Part shown: positions 9,056 to 18,049 of the stretch, in pieces
How positions within the stretch are numbered: the first letter of the stretch is position 1
How the letters are laid out: each line of letters starts with the position of its first letter
Virus record (IMG/VR): IMGVR_UViG_3300005337_000004
Location: 60,745-124,744 of that record
Length of the DNA: 64,000 nt
From: a virus
Lineage: Duplodnaviria; Heunggongvirae; Uroviricota; Caudoviricetes
Reading direction: 5' to 3' (one strand)
The notes under the pieces: generated by a model
Databases searched by the model: none
Seen by the model: only the letters and a program-made list of their open reading frames with translations
What the model was told of the DNA's origin: nothing
Program-made: the position numbers and the translations under genes

Positions 9056-10242
9056 TGCATCGACGCTTGGTCCGCGCACTGGCTACTGTCCTGCTGCTGC
9101 TTGGCGTTGCCGCGCCCGGGCCGCCAAGCACCGTGCGCCTTGCGACGCCGACGACGACCTCGACGGTCTCCGGCTGGACTTCGACGTGGAACTCGGCGCT
9201 CGGCTACGCGCCGGCCGTCGGCGGCTGGAATAACCAGACGCTAAGGATGGTCATCAGGACAAGCCTTGGCGGCTCAGAGCTTCGGCTGCATCTCTCGAAC
9301 CGTTTCGCGTCGAGTCCGGCGGTCATCGGCCACGTCACCATCGGCACGCAGATGAACGGCGGCAGCACGCAGGAGACTGTCCCGCTGGATGTGACCTTCG
9401 GCGGCTCGACGGCGCTCACGCTCGGCTCCGGCGCCTCCGCAGTGTCGGACCCGATCCTGCTTGCGACCGCCCCGGCCACGCGCCTACTGGTGAGTATTTA
9501 CGTGCCGCCCGGCGCGAACATGGTCACGTCGCGGCATGACGTCGCCGAGGAGACGAACTTCAACTCGAACGGCGGCGACGCGAGCACCGCGCAGTACTAC
9601 CCGACCAGCAACACGTTCGGGTTCTACGCCCTCCTTGACGGCTTGGATGTCCCGGCCGCCGCGCCTTCAACGGTCGTGGCGATCGGCGACTCCATCACCG
9701 ACGGCCTGCACACCGACTCCGACACCGACACCCGCTGGCCGGACTACCTTGCCGCGCGCGCGGCAGCGGCCGGGCTGGCCGTAACCGACCAGGGCATCAG
9801 TGGGTCCGAGGTCACCGTCGACCAGAGCTTCGCGCTGTCCGAGCTTGACCGCTGGCAGACGGACGTCCTTAGTCAGCCGGGCGTCTGCGCAGTCATCGAC
9901 GCGGGCGGGATCAACGATCTGCGCAGTGGGGTGTCCGCGGCAACGCTAATCGCCGCGAAGCAGAGGCTCATCGCCGAGTCTCACGCGGCAGGCCTGCGGT
10001 ACTACCTAACGACCCTGACCTCGGATGCGGGCTCTACCGGCAGCAGCGGCACCGAGGCCGCACAGTGGGCCGTCTTCAATCAGTGGGTGCGTGGAGGTGC
10101 CACGGGCGCCGATGGTTACTTCGACTTCGACGCAGCGGTAGACGCCGGGGGTGCGCTGAAAGCGGTTTACGACTTCGGCGATCATCTGCATCCGAACTCG
10201 GCGGGCGCAGCGATGCTCGCCAACGTTGCGACGGGATTTTAA
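9055..10242 (+). CDS. secreted SGNH/GDSL-family hydrolase (esterase/lipase), tail-module associated
   Basis: N-terminal signal peptide (MHRRLVRALATVLLLLGVAAPG). GDS block at VVAIGDSITDG and a C-terminal DHLHPN catalytic His block. This is the last + gene of the tail operon. Confidence 0.65.
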   Translation: MHRRLVRALATVLLLLGVAAPGPPSTVRLATPTTTSTVSGWTSTWNSALGYAPAVGGWNNQTLRMVIRTSLGGSELRLHLSNRFASSPAVIGHVTIGTQMNGGSTQETVPLDVTFGGSTALTLGSGASAVSDPILLATAPATRLLVSIYVPPGANMVTSRHDVAEETNFNSNGGDASTAQYYPTSNTFGFYALLDGLDVPAAAPSTVVAIGDSITDGLHTDSDTDTRWPDYLAARAAAAGLAVTDQGISGSEVTVDQSFALSELDRWQTDVLSQPGVCAVIDAGGINDLRSGVSAATLIAAKQRLIAESHAAGLRYYLTTLTSDAGSTGSSGTEAAQWAVFNQWVRGGATGADGYFDFDAAVDAGGALKAVYDFGDHLHPNSAGAAMLANVATGF

Positions 10243-10267
10243 GGCGCACGATCTTGGAGCGCCGCGC

Positions 10268-10609
10268 TTATACCGCCTTTTGGCCACTCCGCCCCTTCAG
10301 CCTCTCGGGGTGGAACTCCCGCATGTAGTCCAACCACGACGGTGGGTCGGCTGTGCGACCAAGGGCGAAGTCAACCGACCGTTCCAGGTGCCACAGGCCA
10401 GGTGTTTGGCCGCTGGCCCCGATCTCCACCCTTTTCTCCGGTGACAGCTGGGCCGGGTGGAATGGATTCCGACTCAGGTTGGCGAGCCACGCGCGATGCT
10501 CCAGCGCGTCCTCAATTCTCAGGTACGCCACGATTCCGCCGTACACGACGAATAGCGGCGCGACCAGGGCGACAAGGTTGAGCACCGTATCCGCGTCCAT
10601 GAGCGCCAC
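10268..10609 (-). CDS. small membrane protein (reverse-strand moron)
   Basis: 113-aa ORF on the opposite strand with an N-terminal hydrophobic helix (VLNLVALVAPLFVVYGGIVAYL). It is convergent with the tail operon. Confidence 0.4.
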   Translation of the reverse strand: MALMDADTVLNLVALVAPLFVVYGGIVAYLRIEDALEHRAWLANLSRNPFHPAQLSPEKRVEIGASGQTPGLWHLERSVDFALGRTADPPSWLDYMREFHPERLKGRSGQKAV

Positions 10610-10684
10610 CCCCTATCAGCATTCTGCTACCGGAGACCGGCTTGCGGGGCTGACAACGCAAACGAAGTACGACAAGGGGGCGTT

Positions 10685-11131
10685 GTGACTGCTGCGCACG
10701 ATCAGATGCAGACCCTGCACATCCTGTCCCACGTGCCTGAGCACGCCCCGCGCGAAGGCGATCCGCACTACCACCTGTTCGAGCAAGCCAAGGCACGGAT
10801 CAAACGCCAGGGGCTGTGGAAGTGCGTCATCGCCGACGACCTGTGTGGTGGCCCGGTAGCCCTTCACCATTCGCATGTTGAGTTCTCGCAGATCAACGCC
10901 GTGGATGAGCACAAGGTGGAGCAGGCGCTGGGGCTGCACTTCGAGAACGACGAGGCGTTCCAACTGTGGGTTGAGGGTCCCGGGAACCTCGAAGTTTTGT
11001 GCCGGAATCATCACACTTCGCACTACGGCGTTCACGTCGTGCCCGCAGCCCTGTGGGAGGCGATCCGGTTCCATCGTGCCGGAGCCCCCGCAGCGGCAGA
11101 GTTCGTCGCGGCCAAGGACCTTCCGAAGTGA
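10685..11131 (+). CDS. HNH endonuclease
   Basis: Contains CVIADDLCGG...ALHHSHVEF and NLEVLCRNHH, the HNH zinc-finger and catalytic His motifs. Confidence 0.5.
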   Translation: MTAAHDQMQTLHILSHVPEHAPREGDPHYHLFEQAKARIKRQGLWKCVIADDLCGGPVALHHSHVEFSQINAVDEHKVEQALGLHFENDEAFQLWVEGPGNLEVLCRNHHTSHYGVHVVPAALWEAIRFHRAGAPAAAEFVAAKDLPK

Positions 11132-11568
11132 CCAGTCGCACCTGGGTGGCACCCGCCGTCTTCGGCGCCTTCGACGGGCTTACCTCGTCACTCGGTGTAC
11201 TACTTGCCCTCGCCGGCCAGCCGCACCTTGTGCTGCCGACCGCCGTTGGCGTTGGCTCCGCGGAGATGGTCGGCATGGCGGCCGGCCAGTGGCAGTCCGA
11301 CAGTGAGGATGGGCCGGGCGCCGCGGTTGTCATCGGCGTGGCTACCGGCGCCGGTTGCGTACTACCTGCCGTACCGTTTGCGGTCGTGCCGCCAACGGCT
11401 GCGGCAATCGCTTCAGCCATCCTGGTGCTGGCGGTGACCGCGGCGATAGCCCGGTCGCGCGCGGATCGCGGCCGGGTCCGCGCCGCCGTCGAGTCCTACG
11501 CCATCCTGGCCGCAACAGCCGTGGTCGTGCTGCTCGTGCACCTGCTCACACCGGGCGGTGGTGCATGA
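11128..11568 (+). CDS. membrane protein, holin candidate
   Basis: The GTG start overlaps the upstream stop (GTGA). Hydrophobic segments throughout, with a FGAFDGLTS motif. It lies directly upstream of the endolysin. Confidence 0.4.
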   Translation: MTSRTWVAPAVFGAFDGLTSSLGVLLALAGQPHLVLPTAVGVGSAEMVGMAAGQWQSDSEDGPGAAVVIGVATGAGCVLPAVPFAVVPPTAAAIASAILVLAVTAAIARSRADRGRVRAAVESYAILAATAVVVLLVHLLTPGGGA

Positions 11569-11867
11569 CCTGGCTGACGCACATCCTCGGGCTCGACAAC
11601 GCGAGCGGCGTGCCGTACTTGGCGTGGTCCGGAGTGGGCGGCGACCTTGGATATCTGGCAGTCGTCGGAGCCCTTGTCGCGCACTACAAGCGGCACACCT
11701 GCCACGTGAACAGCCCGCGGTTCTGCTGGCGCCCCGGCACCCATTCGGTCGAAGGCACCCCCTTCCGCGCGTGCCGCCGTCACCACCCCACGGTGCCGGA
11801 CCAAATCTCCGCAGCTCACATCGCCAAAGCCCACGCCGAACAGGCGGCAAGGAGTGCCGAGCAGTGA
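11565..11867 (+). CDS. small membrane protein with C-terminal Cys/His cluster, holin candidate
   Basis: ATGA overlap with the upstream gene. N-terminal transmembrane helices (LAWSGVGGDLGYLAVVGALVA) and a CHVNSPRFCW...CRRHH cluster. Confidence 0.4.
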   Translation: MTWLTHILGLDNASGVPYLAWSGVGGDLGYLAVVGALVAHYKRHTCHVNSPRFCWRPGTHSVEGTPFRACRRHHPTVPDQISAAHIAKAHAEQAARSAEQ

Positions 11868-12799
11868 CGATCTTCTTCCCGGATATCTCCTCCTACGAAT
11901 CTGGCCTGACGATCCAGCCCGGCACCGTTGCGGTCATTGCGAAGGCCACGGAGGGCACGTACTACCGGGACGCCGAGTACTCAAATTTCGAACAGCAGGC
12001 GGCGAAGGTCGGCGCGATCTTCTCGGCCTACCACTTTCTCAAGGCTGGCAACGCCTCAGCGCAGGCCGACTACTGCCACGCGATGGTGGGCTCGACGCCG
12101 GTCATGCTGGACGTGGAAACCGAGGGCGCGTCGAAGCCGACGGTCACCGACGTCGCGACATTCATCGCCCGCATGCACGTACTCGGCGGCAGGGTGTGGG
12201 GCGCTTACATCCCGAAGTGGTACTGGCAGCAGGTCGGCGGCGACCTGGCGTCGCTCGGCGTGGCCGTGGTCTCGTCCAGCTACGCCGCGTACTCCGACAC
12301 CGGCCCCGGCTGGGCCCCTTACGGCGGCATCACCCCGACGGCCTGGCAGTACACCGACAAGCAGCCCTACGGCGGCCAGACCATGGACTTCAACGCCTAC
12401 CGCGGCACCGTAGCCGAGCTGGCCGCGCTCATCAACGGCACCGGCACTCCCTCCCCTTCAACCTCTTCTGGAGCCGACATGGCCCTGACGGACGTCGTTC
12501 ATTTCTCCCCCGAGTTGGTGAAGCGCTACTCGGAACTGGCTGGCGAGGGCTTCGGCACTTCAGCCCCGCTGGAAACGGTGCTGGGCTGGATGGCCGGCCG
12601 CGTCGCCCACCTCGCCGACACGCAGGACGCCGTCGTCGAGGCCGCGGTGGCGCCGGTCAAAGCTGAGCTGGACCTGGTCAAGTCGGCGATCGCCGCACTC
12701 CCGGACCTGATCAACACGCACGTCGCGAACGGCGCGACCGCCGAGCAGATCGCTTCTGCGGTGATGCACCACCTATCCGCCGACGCCGCAAACGGCTAA
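11864..12799 (+). CDS. endolysin, GH25 muramidase domain plus C-terminal domain
   Basis: GTG start with an AAGGAG RBS 10 nt upstream. N-terminal FFPDISSYE...VAVIAKATEGTYYRD...AYHF is typical of GH25 lysozymes. Thr/Ser linker, then a C-terminal domain. Confidence 0.8.
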   Translation: MTIFFPDISSYESGLTIQPGTVAVIAKATEGTYYRDAEYSNFEQQAAKVGAIFSAYHFLKAGNASAQADYCHAMVGSTPVMLDVETEGASKPTVTDVATFIARMHVLGGRVWGAYIPKWYWQQVGGDLASLGVAVVSSSYAAYSDTGPGWAPYGGITPTAWQYTDKQPYGGQTMDFNAYRGTVAELAALINGTGTPSPSTSSGADMALTDVVHFSPELVKRYSELAGEGFGTSAPLETVLGWMAGRVAHLADTQDAVVEAAVAPVKAELDLVKSAIAALPDLINTHVANGATAEQIASAVMHHLSADAANG

Positions 12800-12816
12800 C
12801 CGCGGCACGGGACTAC

Positions 12817-13317
12817 ATGGCATCACACGGACTGCTCGCTTCGGCAATGCCGATTCTGTCCGCAGCGGGAGGGCTGTCCGGGATCGCCGCGGTCGTCACC
12901 CTCGTATACAAGCGCCGAGAACAGAAACAAGCCGACCGCGCCGCCGCCAGCGCCGAGCAGTACCGCGAATTCGAAGCCGCGCGGGAGTTGACCACCACCG
13001 CCCTGAGCCTGCTGGACCCGGTGAAACGGGCCCTCGGCGAGGCTGAAGAGCGCATCAAGGCTTTGCAGAGGCAAGTGGTCGACCTGGAAACCGCCGCGGC
13101 GACACTCACCACCGCCATGGAGGCACTGGCTGCCGCGTCCCAAGCGGAGCGGGCCGAGCTCGAGACCAGGCTGGCGGAAGTCACCGCCGAACGGGACGCG
13201 GCAACCACGAAGCTCGGTGCGGTCACCCAAGAGCGTGACGAGCTCCTGGTAAGGCTTGCGGCCCAGGACGCGGAACTCGACGCGCTACGGCGCCAAACCC
13301 ACGGCAGCGCCGCATGA
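12817..13317 (+). CDS. membrane-anchored coiled-coil protein (lysis accessory, holin/spanin-like)
   Basis: One N-terminal transmembrane helix followed by a long Ala/Glu/Leu-rich coiled coil. It lies immediately after the endolysin. Confidence 0.45.
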   Translation: MASHGLLASAMPILSAAGGLSGIAAVVTLVYKRREQKQADRAAASAEQYREFEAARELTTTALSLLDPVKRALGEAEERIKALQRQVVDLETAAATLTTAMEALAAASQAERAELETRLAEVTAERDAATTKLGAVTQERDELLVRLAAQDAELDALRRQTHGSAA

Positions 13318-13538
13318 GGGAGAGAGTCGTGCCGTTTCGTCTGCACCGTCACCACTCAAACCTCGCCGCAGCCGAGCGCCGACGCCTCGCGGCGCCGCTG
13401 GAGCGGGTCCAGGAGCGGCTTGCAGACCTCGGTACCGACCTCGACACCCTCGCAGCCGATGTCAGCAGCGTCGCGTCGCGGATGCGGCAGATGGCCGAGC
13501 AGGTCGCGAACCAGACAGGAGGTGCTGGCGATGAGTGA
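13314..13538 (+). CDS. hypothetical small protein
   Basis: 74-aa ORF with overlapping stop/start on both sides. No domain recognised. Confidence 0.25.
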   Translation: MRERVVPFRLHRHHSNLAAAERRRLAAPLERVQERLADLGTDLDTLAADVSSVASRMRQMAEQVANQTGGAGDE

Positions 13539-14022
13539 CGACGAGCACGAGGCGGCTACCGACGCCGAGAGGCTGGCTGCGGCTGCCGGCCTGGTGTCGC
13601 ACAGCACCGAATCGCTGGTCGACCAGATCGCTGGGCTGCGGAAGGATTTCCGTACCGCCCGCGAACAGGCCGAGGCCGACCTTGAAGCGGCGAAGCAGCA
13701 GGCGGCTAAGGACGTCGCCACCGAGCGGCGGGACCGGCGCCGCGCCGGCTGGAAGTTTGCGCTCGTCGTCTTCGTTGACGTGGTGCTGTCTGCGGCGTCG
13801 CTGGGGCTGTATGTGGACCAGCGCAGCACCGAGACCAAGCTGCACGAGACCCAGGTCGCGGTGTTGTGCCCGCTATACAGGTTGTTCGCACAGGCGATTG
13901 CCGCGCCGCGGGTTGGGGAGACGGCACAACAGAAGGCGACACGCCTGGCCGCGGCCGGCCCGATCCGCAACGGATACATCAAGCTCGGCTGTTCCCCGCC
14001 TCTTCCCCCGCCTCCGCGCTGA
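13531..14022 (+). CDS. membrane protein
   Basis: ATG with an AGGAGG RBS at 13516-13521. Central transmembrane segment (FALVVFVDVVLSAASLGLYV). Last gene before the terminator. Confidence 0.45.
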   Translation: MSDDEHEAATDAERLAAAAGLVSHSTESLVDQIAGLRKDFRTAREQAEADLEAAKQQAAKDVATERRDRRRAGWKFALVVFVDVVLSAASLGLYVDQRSTETKLHETQVAVLCPLYRLFAQAIAAPRVGETAQQKATRLAAAGPIRNGYIKLGCSPPLPPPPR

Positions 14023-14047
14023 TCCCGCATGGCCCCAACCGGCCCCC

Positions 14048-14089
14048 TCACCTGGTTCCCGCCGGGTGAGGGGGCCGGTTTTCGCGTTC
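14048..14089. terminator. bidirectional intrinsic terminator hairpin
   Basis: Perfect 15-bp inverted repeat ACCGGCCCCCTCACC / GGTGAGGGGGCCGGT with a 12-nt loop, followed by TTTTCGCG. It sits between a convergent + gene (ends 14022) and a - gene (ends 14091). Confidence 0.6.
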
Positions 14090-14090
14090 C

Positions 14091-14588
14091 CTACCGCAGG
14101 TGCTCGGCCAGCGTGTCGCGCAGGCCTTCCCAGGGGTACGGGTCGTAGCCGGAGCCGTGCGGCAGGAACCTTACCTCGGCCAGACGGCGCACGTGCTGGG
14201 CAAACGCCGGATGCCTCCGCAGCACGTCTTTCGCCCATACGTGCGCCACGACCGGCACATTGGTTCCGATCTGCTCGTTCAACAGCCCGACCGCCGCATT
14301 GTCGTTGATCAGCAACGCCCACTTCGCCAACGTGTTCACCGTCAGCGGCACCACCGCCACCGCATCCGGCGGCGGCACGGCAGACCTCGGCTCACCCGCA
14401 CGCCGGGACTCCACGCGCACCAGATGCCCGCTCGCCTCAGCAACCGCAGCCAGGTCAACAAACCCGGCGGTGGAGGCTGGGGTGCACGTCACCCACACAT
14501 CCCACCCAGCCTCACGCAGCACCCTCACACCCTCGTGCAGGCTCATAGCAGGCGGCGCGGCGCAGGCGACCAGATACAGGACAGGCAT
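14091..14588 (-). CDS. flavoprotein, HFCD family (CoaC/EpiD-like)
   Basis: 165 aa. Contains MPVLYLVACAAPPAMSLHEGVRVLREAGWDVWVTCTPAS, the flavin-binding fold of PPC-decarboxylase-like flavoproteins. Start ATG at 14586-14588 on the minus strand. Confidence 0.6.
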   Translation of the reverse strand: MPVLYLVACAAPPAMSLHEGVRVLREAGWDVWVTCTPASTAGFVDLAAVAEASGHLVRVESRRAGEPRSAVPPPDAVAVVPLTVNTLAKWALLINDNAAVGLLNEQIGTNVPVVAHVWAKDVLRRHPAFAQHVRRLAEVRFLPHGSGYDPYPWEGLRDTLAEHLR

Positions 14589-14666
14589 CCGCCCATCCTG
14601 CCGCACTGCCCGCGCCAGGGGTGCGCCAGGATCCCGAACTGCGACACGGCACCGATACTGAACAAC

Positions 14667-15848
14667 GTGACCCCCGAATCGGACAACCCCAGCGACGGAC
14701 GACGCGTTCGGCGCCTGCGACGACGCGCCGGACTCACCCAGGCCGAGTTCGCCTCCCACATGGGCCGCTCCCAAGCCTGGGTATCCGGCGTGGAAAACAG
14801 CCAGATCGCCCTGGACTCGGTCGAACTCATCAACCGCGCCGCCCGGGTGCTGCGAGTCGAACCCGGCGAGATCACCGGCAACCCGCGGCTGCTGCCCTCC
14901 CCGCTGGCCGAAAGAGCCCAGGCTGCGATCTGCGGAATCCGGCGTGTCGTACAGCGGTTCGACCTGCCACCTGACTGGCCCGTGGACCCGCGCCCCCAAT
15001 CAGGGTTGGCCGCATCCGTCGCACACCTGACCGCGCTGCGCCGGCGCGCCCGCTACGCCGACCTCGGCGAGCAAGTACCCGACGTCATTCGCGAAATCCA
15101 CGCCGCAGCAGCCCACGCCGACGGCACCACCGCCGAGGGCTTGTACGCGCTGCTGGCCATGGCCTACAAGGAAGCCGACGCCGTCGCCCACAACCTCGGC
15201 CACAACGACCTCGCCACCCTCACCGTCGAGCGGATCCGCTGGTCCGCCGACCGGGCGGCCAGCCCCGACATCGCAGCCATCGGCGACTACCTGCGGGTAC
15301 GGGACTTGTGGGCGAACCGGCTGTACGACGACGCACTGCTGGTCATCGAGCAGCGCCTGAACGCCGCGGACATCGACGACACCGTTGCCGGGTCGCTGCT
15401 GCTGCGCGGCGCCATCACCGCGGCCCGCGGCGGATCAGCGGACACTGCGCGCACCTGGATGGAACAGGCCCACCGGCTCCTCGACGACGGCGTCGGCCCG
15501 GACCGGTACGAATTGACGTTCACCGCCGCGAACATCGCCATCCATGACGTCGCCATCGCCGTCGAAACCTTCGACAGCTCCCGCGCGCTCGCCCTCGATG
15601 CCGCCACCTGCGCACCGCAGACCGCGCCCCCGTCGCGGCACGCCCGGCACCGCCTTGATGTCGCACGGGCCTGCGTCTACCACGGCGCCTACGAACGCGC
15701 CGTCACCGAGATCGAAACCGCCGAACGCCTCGCACCCCTGATGATCCGCAACAGCCCGCACGTGCCGCAGGTCATGCGGACCCTGCTGGAGCGCCGCGGC
15801 GGCAAGGAGAGGGTACGGCGTCTGGCCGCACGGCTGAACCTTGGCTGA
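14667..15848 (+). CDS. XRE-family HTH transcriptional regulator with C-terminal helical domain (WhiJ-like)
   Basis: HTH at LTQAEFASHMGRSQAWVSGVENS near the N-terminus (GTG start; the ORF is open further upstream). Long C-terminal domain. It is followed by a GHKL ATP-binding partner, as in Streptomyces WhiJ/AbaA loci. Confidence 0.6.
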   Translation: MTPESDNPSDGRRVRRLRRRAGLTQAEFASHMGRSQAWVSGVENSQIALDSVELINRAARVLRVEPGEITGNPRLLPSPLAERAQAAICGIRRVVQRFDLPPDWPVDPRPQSGLAASVAHLTALRRRARYADLGEQVPDVIREIHAAAAHADGTTAEGLYALLAMAYKEADAVAHNLGHNDLATLTVERIRWSADRAASPDIAAIGDYLRVRDLWANRLYDDALLVIEQRLNAADIDDTVAGSLLLRGAITAARGGSADTARTWMEQAHRLLDDGVGPDRYELTFTAANIAIHDVAIAVETFDSSRALALDAATCAPQTAPPSRHARHRLDVARACVYHGAYERAVTEIETAERLAPLMIRNSPHVPQVMRTLLERRGGKERVRRLAARLNLG

Positions 15849-16365
15849 GCACGACATCAGCCCGGTTGATATCGGCAGGTCAACCGCGCTCTACGGTGCG
15901 GAAATGAACACGCCGACGCAGATCACGACCAGATACGGCCATGTTGAAGGCGCCTTCAACGGCGATCGTGCGGGCATTGACGCTGCCTACGCGTTCGTGC
16001 GCAGCGCCATCGGGGACACACCTGGCGCCGAACTCGTCGGCGATGTGCTGCTGATCCTCGCCGGCAACGCGGTGCTCCACTCCGATACCCGCCTCGGCGG
16101 GCAGTTCCGGGTCCAGGTCGCATCCCTGCGCGGACACTGGAAGGTGCGGATCGACGACGACGGACACGCGACCGGGTCTCCGCACCTTGTCGGCTCCGAA
16201 CGCGGCGAGCCGCTGCACGGGCTGGCCGCGCTGAACGCCGCCGGGGTGCAATGGACGCTTCCCGGGGATGGCGCGATCCTCGCCGAGATCGACTGCCCGC
16301 TGCCGGATGAGACCCCGGCGGACCTGTCGGTGCCGGCCAAGCGCGCGGCTGCCTCGATCCTCTGA
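15841..16365 (+). CDS. GHKL ATP-binding protein (anti-sigma-factor-like Ser kinase fold)
   Basis: 174 aa with HATPase-like motifs (…VGDVLLILAGNAVLHS…, …DDDGHATGSP…, …GLAALNAAGVQWTL…). Translationally coupled to the upstream XRE regulator. Confidence 0.55.
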   Translation: MAEHDISPVDIGRSTALYGAEMNTPTQITTRYGHVEGAFNGDRAGIDAAYAFVRSAIGDTPGAELVGDVLLILAGNAVLHSDTRLGGQFRVQVASLRGHWKVRIDDDGHATGSPHLVGSERGEPLHGLAALNAAGVQWTLPGDGAILAEIDCPLPDETPADLSVPAKRAAASIL

Positions 16366-16382
16366 TGGGACCGGGAACGCGC

Positions 16383-17189
16383 TCACATCGCCCTCACCGC
16401 CGCGGTCATCTCCGCATCCCGGGCGATCCCGAACTCCGCCACCGGCTCCAGCGCCTCCATCAACGCCAGGCCGCAGTCAGTCAGCGCATAGGAGGTGCGC
16501 CGGCCCACCTCCGCCGGGATCTGGACCACCAGGCCCATGCGCTGCAGCATGTCCAGACGGTCCGCGAGGATCGAATCCACCAGGTGACTGGACACCACAT
16601 CGGGGCTGGTGTCAGCAGCCGCATTGACGACCCCGATGATCCGGTACGGGCGCAGCGGTCCGCGAGTCAACGCGGCCAGAGTCGCAAAAGTCCACTTCGG
16701 GCGCAGCACCACCCCGAACAACACCGCCGTCGCACGGCGCCGCAGCCTCTCCTCCGCCACCTCGTCACTGTCCCCGGGGCTGCGCATCGGTATCGGCTCG
16801 CGGAGGTCCAGGTGCTGCTGCATCCGGGCACACCGCACCAGCCAGCGGTAGCGCTCCCGGCCGTAGGCGGTCGCATCGGTAAGGCTGTCCAGCATCTCGT
16901 ACCCGAGCGCGGTCAGCGAGTACTCGCGGCGCCGGCCGACCAGCGGCCCGGGTTCGATCAGTCCGCCGCGAGTGAGGGTCCCCACGTGCCGGGTGACGGA
17001 CTTGGGATAGACCGTGTGCGGGCCGAAGACGGGTACGTTCACTGAGCGTGTTGCTTTGAGAACGCCGACGATCTCACTCGGTGACATCGGCTGCGCTCTC
17101 AGTAACACCAGAACGGCGTAAAACCATCGGTCCCGCAGCCAGTCCACAGTCATGCCGCAGCCGCGAAAGTGCTCACAGTCCCACAGCAA
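16383..17189 (-). CDS. transcriptional regulator with two tandem winged-helix (HxlR/PadR-like) domains
   Basis: Two repeats of a Cys-containing helix followed by a wHTH (CEHFRGCG...GGLIE and ...YALTDCGLALMEALEP). Divergent from the 17456 gene, with palindromes in the shared leader. Confidence 0.5.
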   Translation of the reverse strand: MLWDCEHFRGCGMTVDWLRDRWFYAVLVLLRAQPMSPSEIVGVLKATRSVNVPVFGPHTVYPKSVTRHVGTLTRGGLIEPGPLVGRRREYSLTALGYEMLDSLTDATAYGRERYRWLVRCARMQQHLDLREPIPMRSPGDSDEVAEERLRRRATAVLFGVVLRPKWTFATLAALTRGPLRPYRIIGVVNAAADTSPDVVSSHLVDSILADRLDMLQRMGLVVQIPAEVGRRTSYALTDCGLALMEALEPVAEFGIARDAEMTAAVRAM

Positions 17190-17455
17190 CGCCTCGCTCC
17201 CCTTCCCCCCGAGTCTGGCCGAAAAGCGTTATGCGCGCTGTACGACGAGCTACACCCCTCGCTAGTTGCTCAAAGCTTTGATTCATCACCCGTATGGGTG
17301 ACACGGGTGCCCCAACCTGGCCCTACTGGCAAACGATCACTTCTTTTTTTGTCCGTGGTTTCGGTCTGGATCACGAGGTAAAACGCTCGTAAAGTGCTGA
17401 GTCTCAGGGTGACCTAGCCACGGGCCATCAACACCGCGACGGAAGCGCTGACCTC

Positions 17456-17926
17456 ATGAGCCCAGCTCAACCAGCCCCCGAACCGACCCGGACCAAGAGC
17501 CCACAAGGCCGGGCACGCCGTCGGTCAAGGGCTGCGGAATCCGAATCCCCGCTGTCACACTTACGGCGGCGCTTCATCCGCGCCGCGTGCATCGCCGGCG
17601 GCGGCTATCTGGCGGTCATCGCCATCGACGTCGTGTTCCCTTCGGCGCTTACGCTCAAGGAGACCATGGGCCTGGAATTCAGCATCGGGTTCCTGGGCGT
17701 ACTGCTGACGCTCGTTGCGATCGGACTGTGGTTCCTCACGCAAAACACCACCTACACCCTGTCGCTGCTGGACATGATCGACGCAGCCAATAACGCGGGC
17801 AACGTGGCGAAGTCCAGAACGCCTGCCACCTTCCCAATCCCACGGCAAGGCAGTGCGGCGGCAACTCCGATACCGATCGAGCGGGGGCATCAGGTGCGGC
17901 AACAGCGAGCGCATCGGGCCGGGTGA
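17456..17926 (+). CDS. membrane protein (cargo)
   Basis: Arg-rich N-terminus, then two or three transmembrane helices (ACIAGGGYLAVIAIDVVF, FSIGFLGVLLTLVAIGLWFL). Confidence 0.4.
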   Translation: MSPAQPAPEPTRTKSPQGRARRRSRAAESESPLSHLRRRFIRAACIAGGGYLAVIAIDVVFPSALTLKETMGLEFSIGFLGVLLTLVAIGLWFLTQNTTYTLSLLDMIDAANNAGNVAKSRTPATFPIPRQGSAAATPIPIERGHQVRQQRAHRAG

Positions 17927-18002
17927 TTCAGAGGGTACGTGCACGGCCCGTGCGCAAGAAGATGATCACCACGTGTGCACGAATAGTGCACGTGATCAAG
18001 AA

Positions 18003-18034
18003 GAGAGGCGGTGCGCATCGGCGCACCGCCTCTC
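18003..18034. terminator. terminator-like perfect hairpin
   Basis: GAGAGGCGGTGCGC-ATCG-GCGCACCGCCTCTC, a 14-bp stem with a 4-nt loop. It lies between the cargo membrane gene and attP. Confidence 0.5.
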
Positions 18035-18049
18035 ACCTGCCGTTTAACG

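Noticed and set aside
16383-17189. PadR versus HxlR versus MarR family assignment of the tandem wHTH regulator
   Set aside because: The family cannot be resolved from the sequence alone. It is called generically as a tandem winged-helix regulator.
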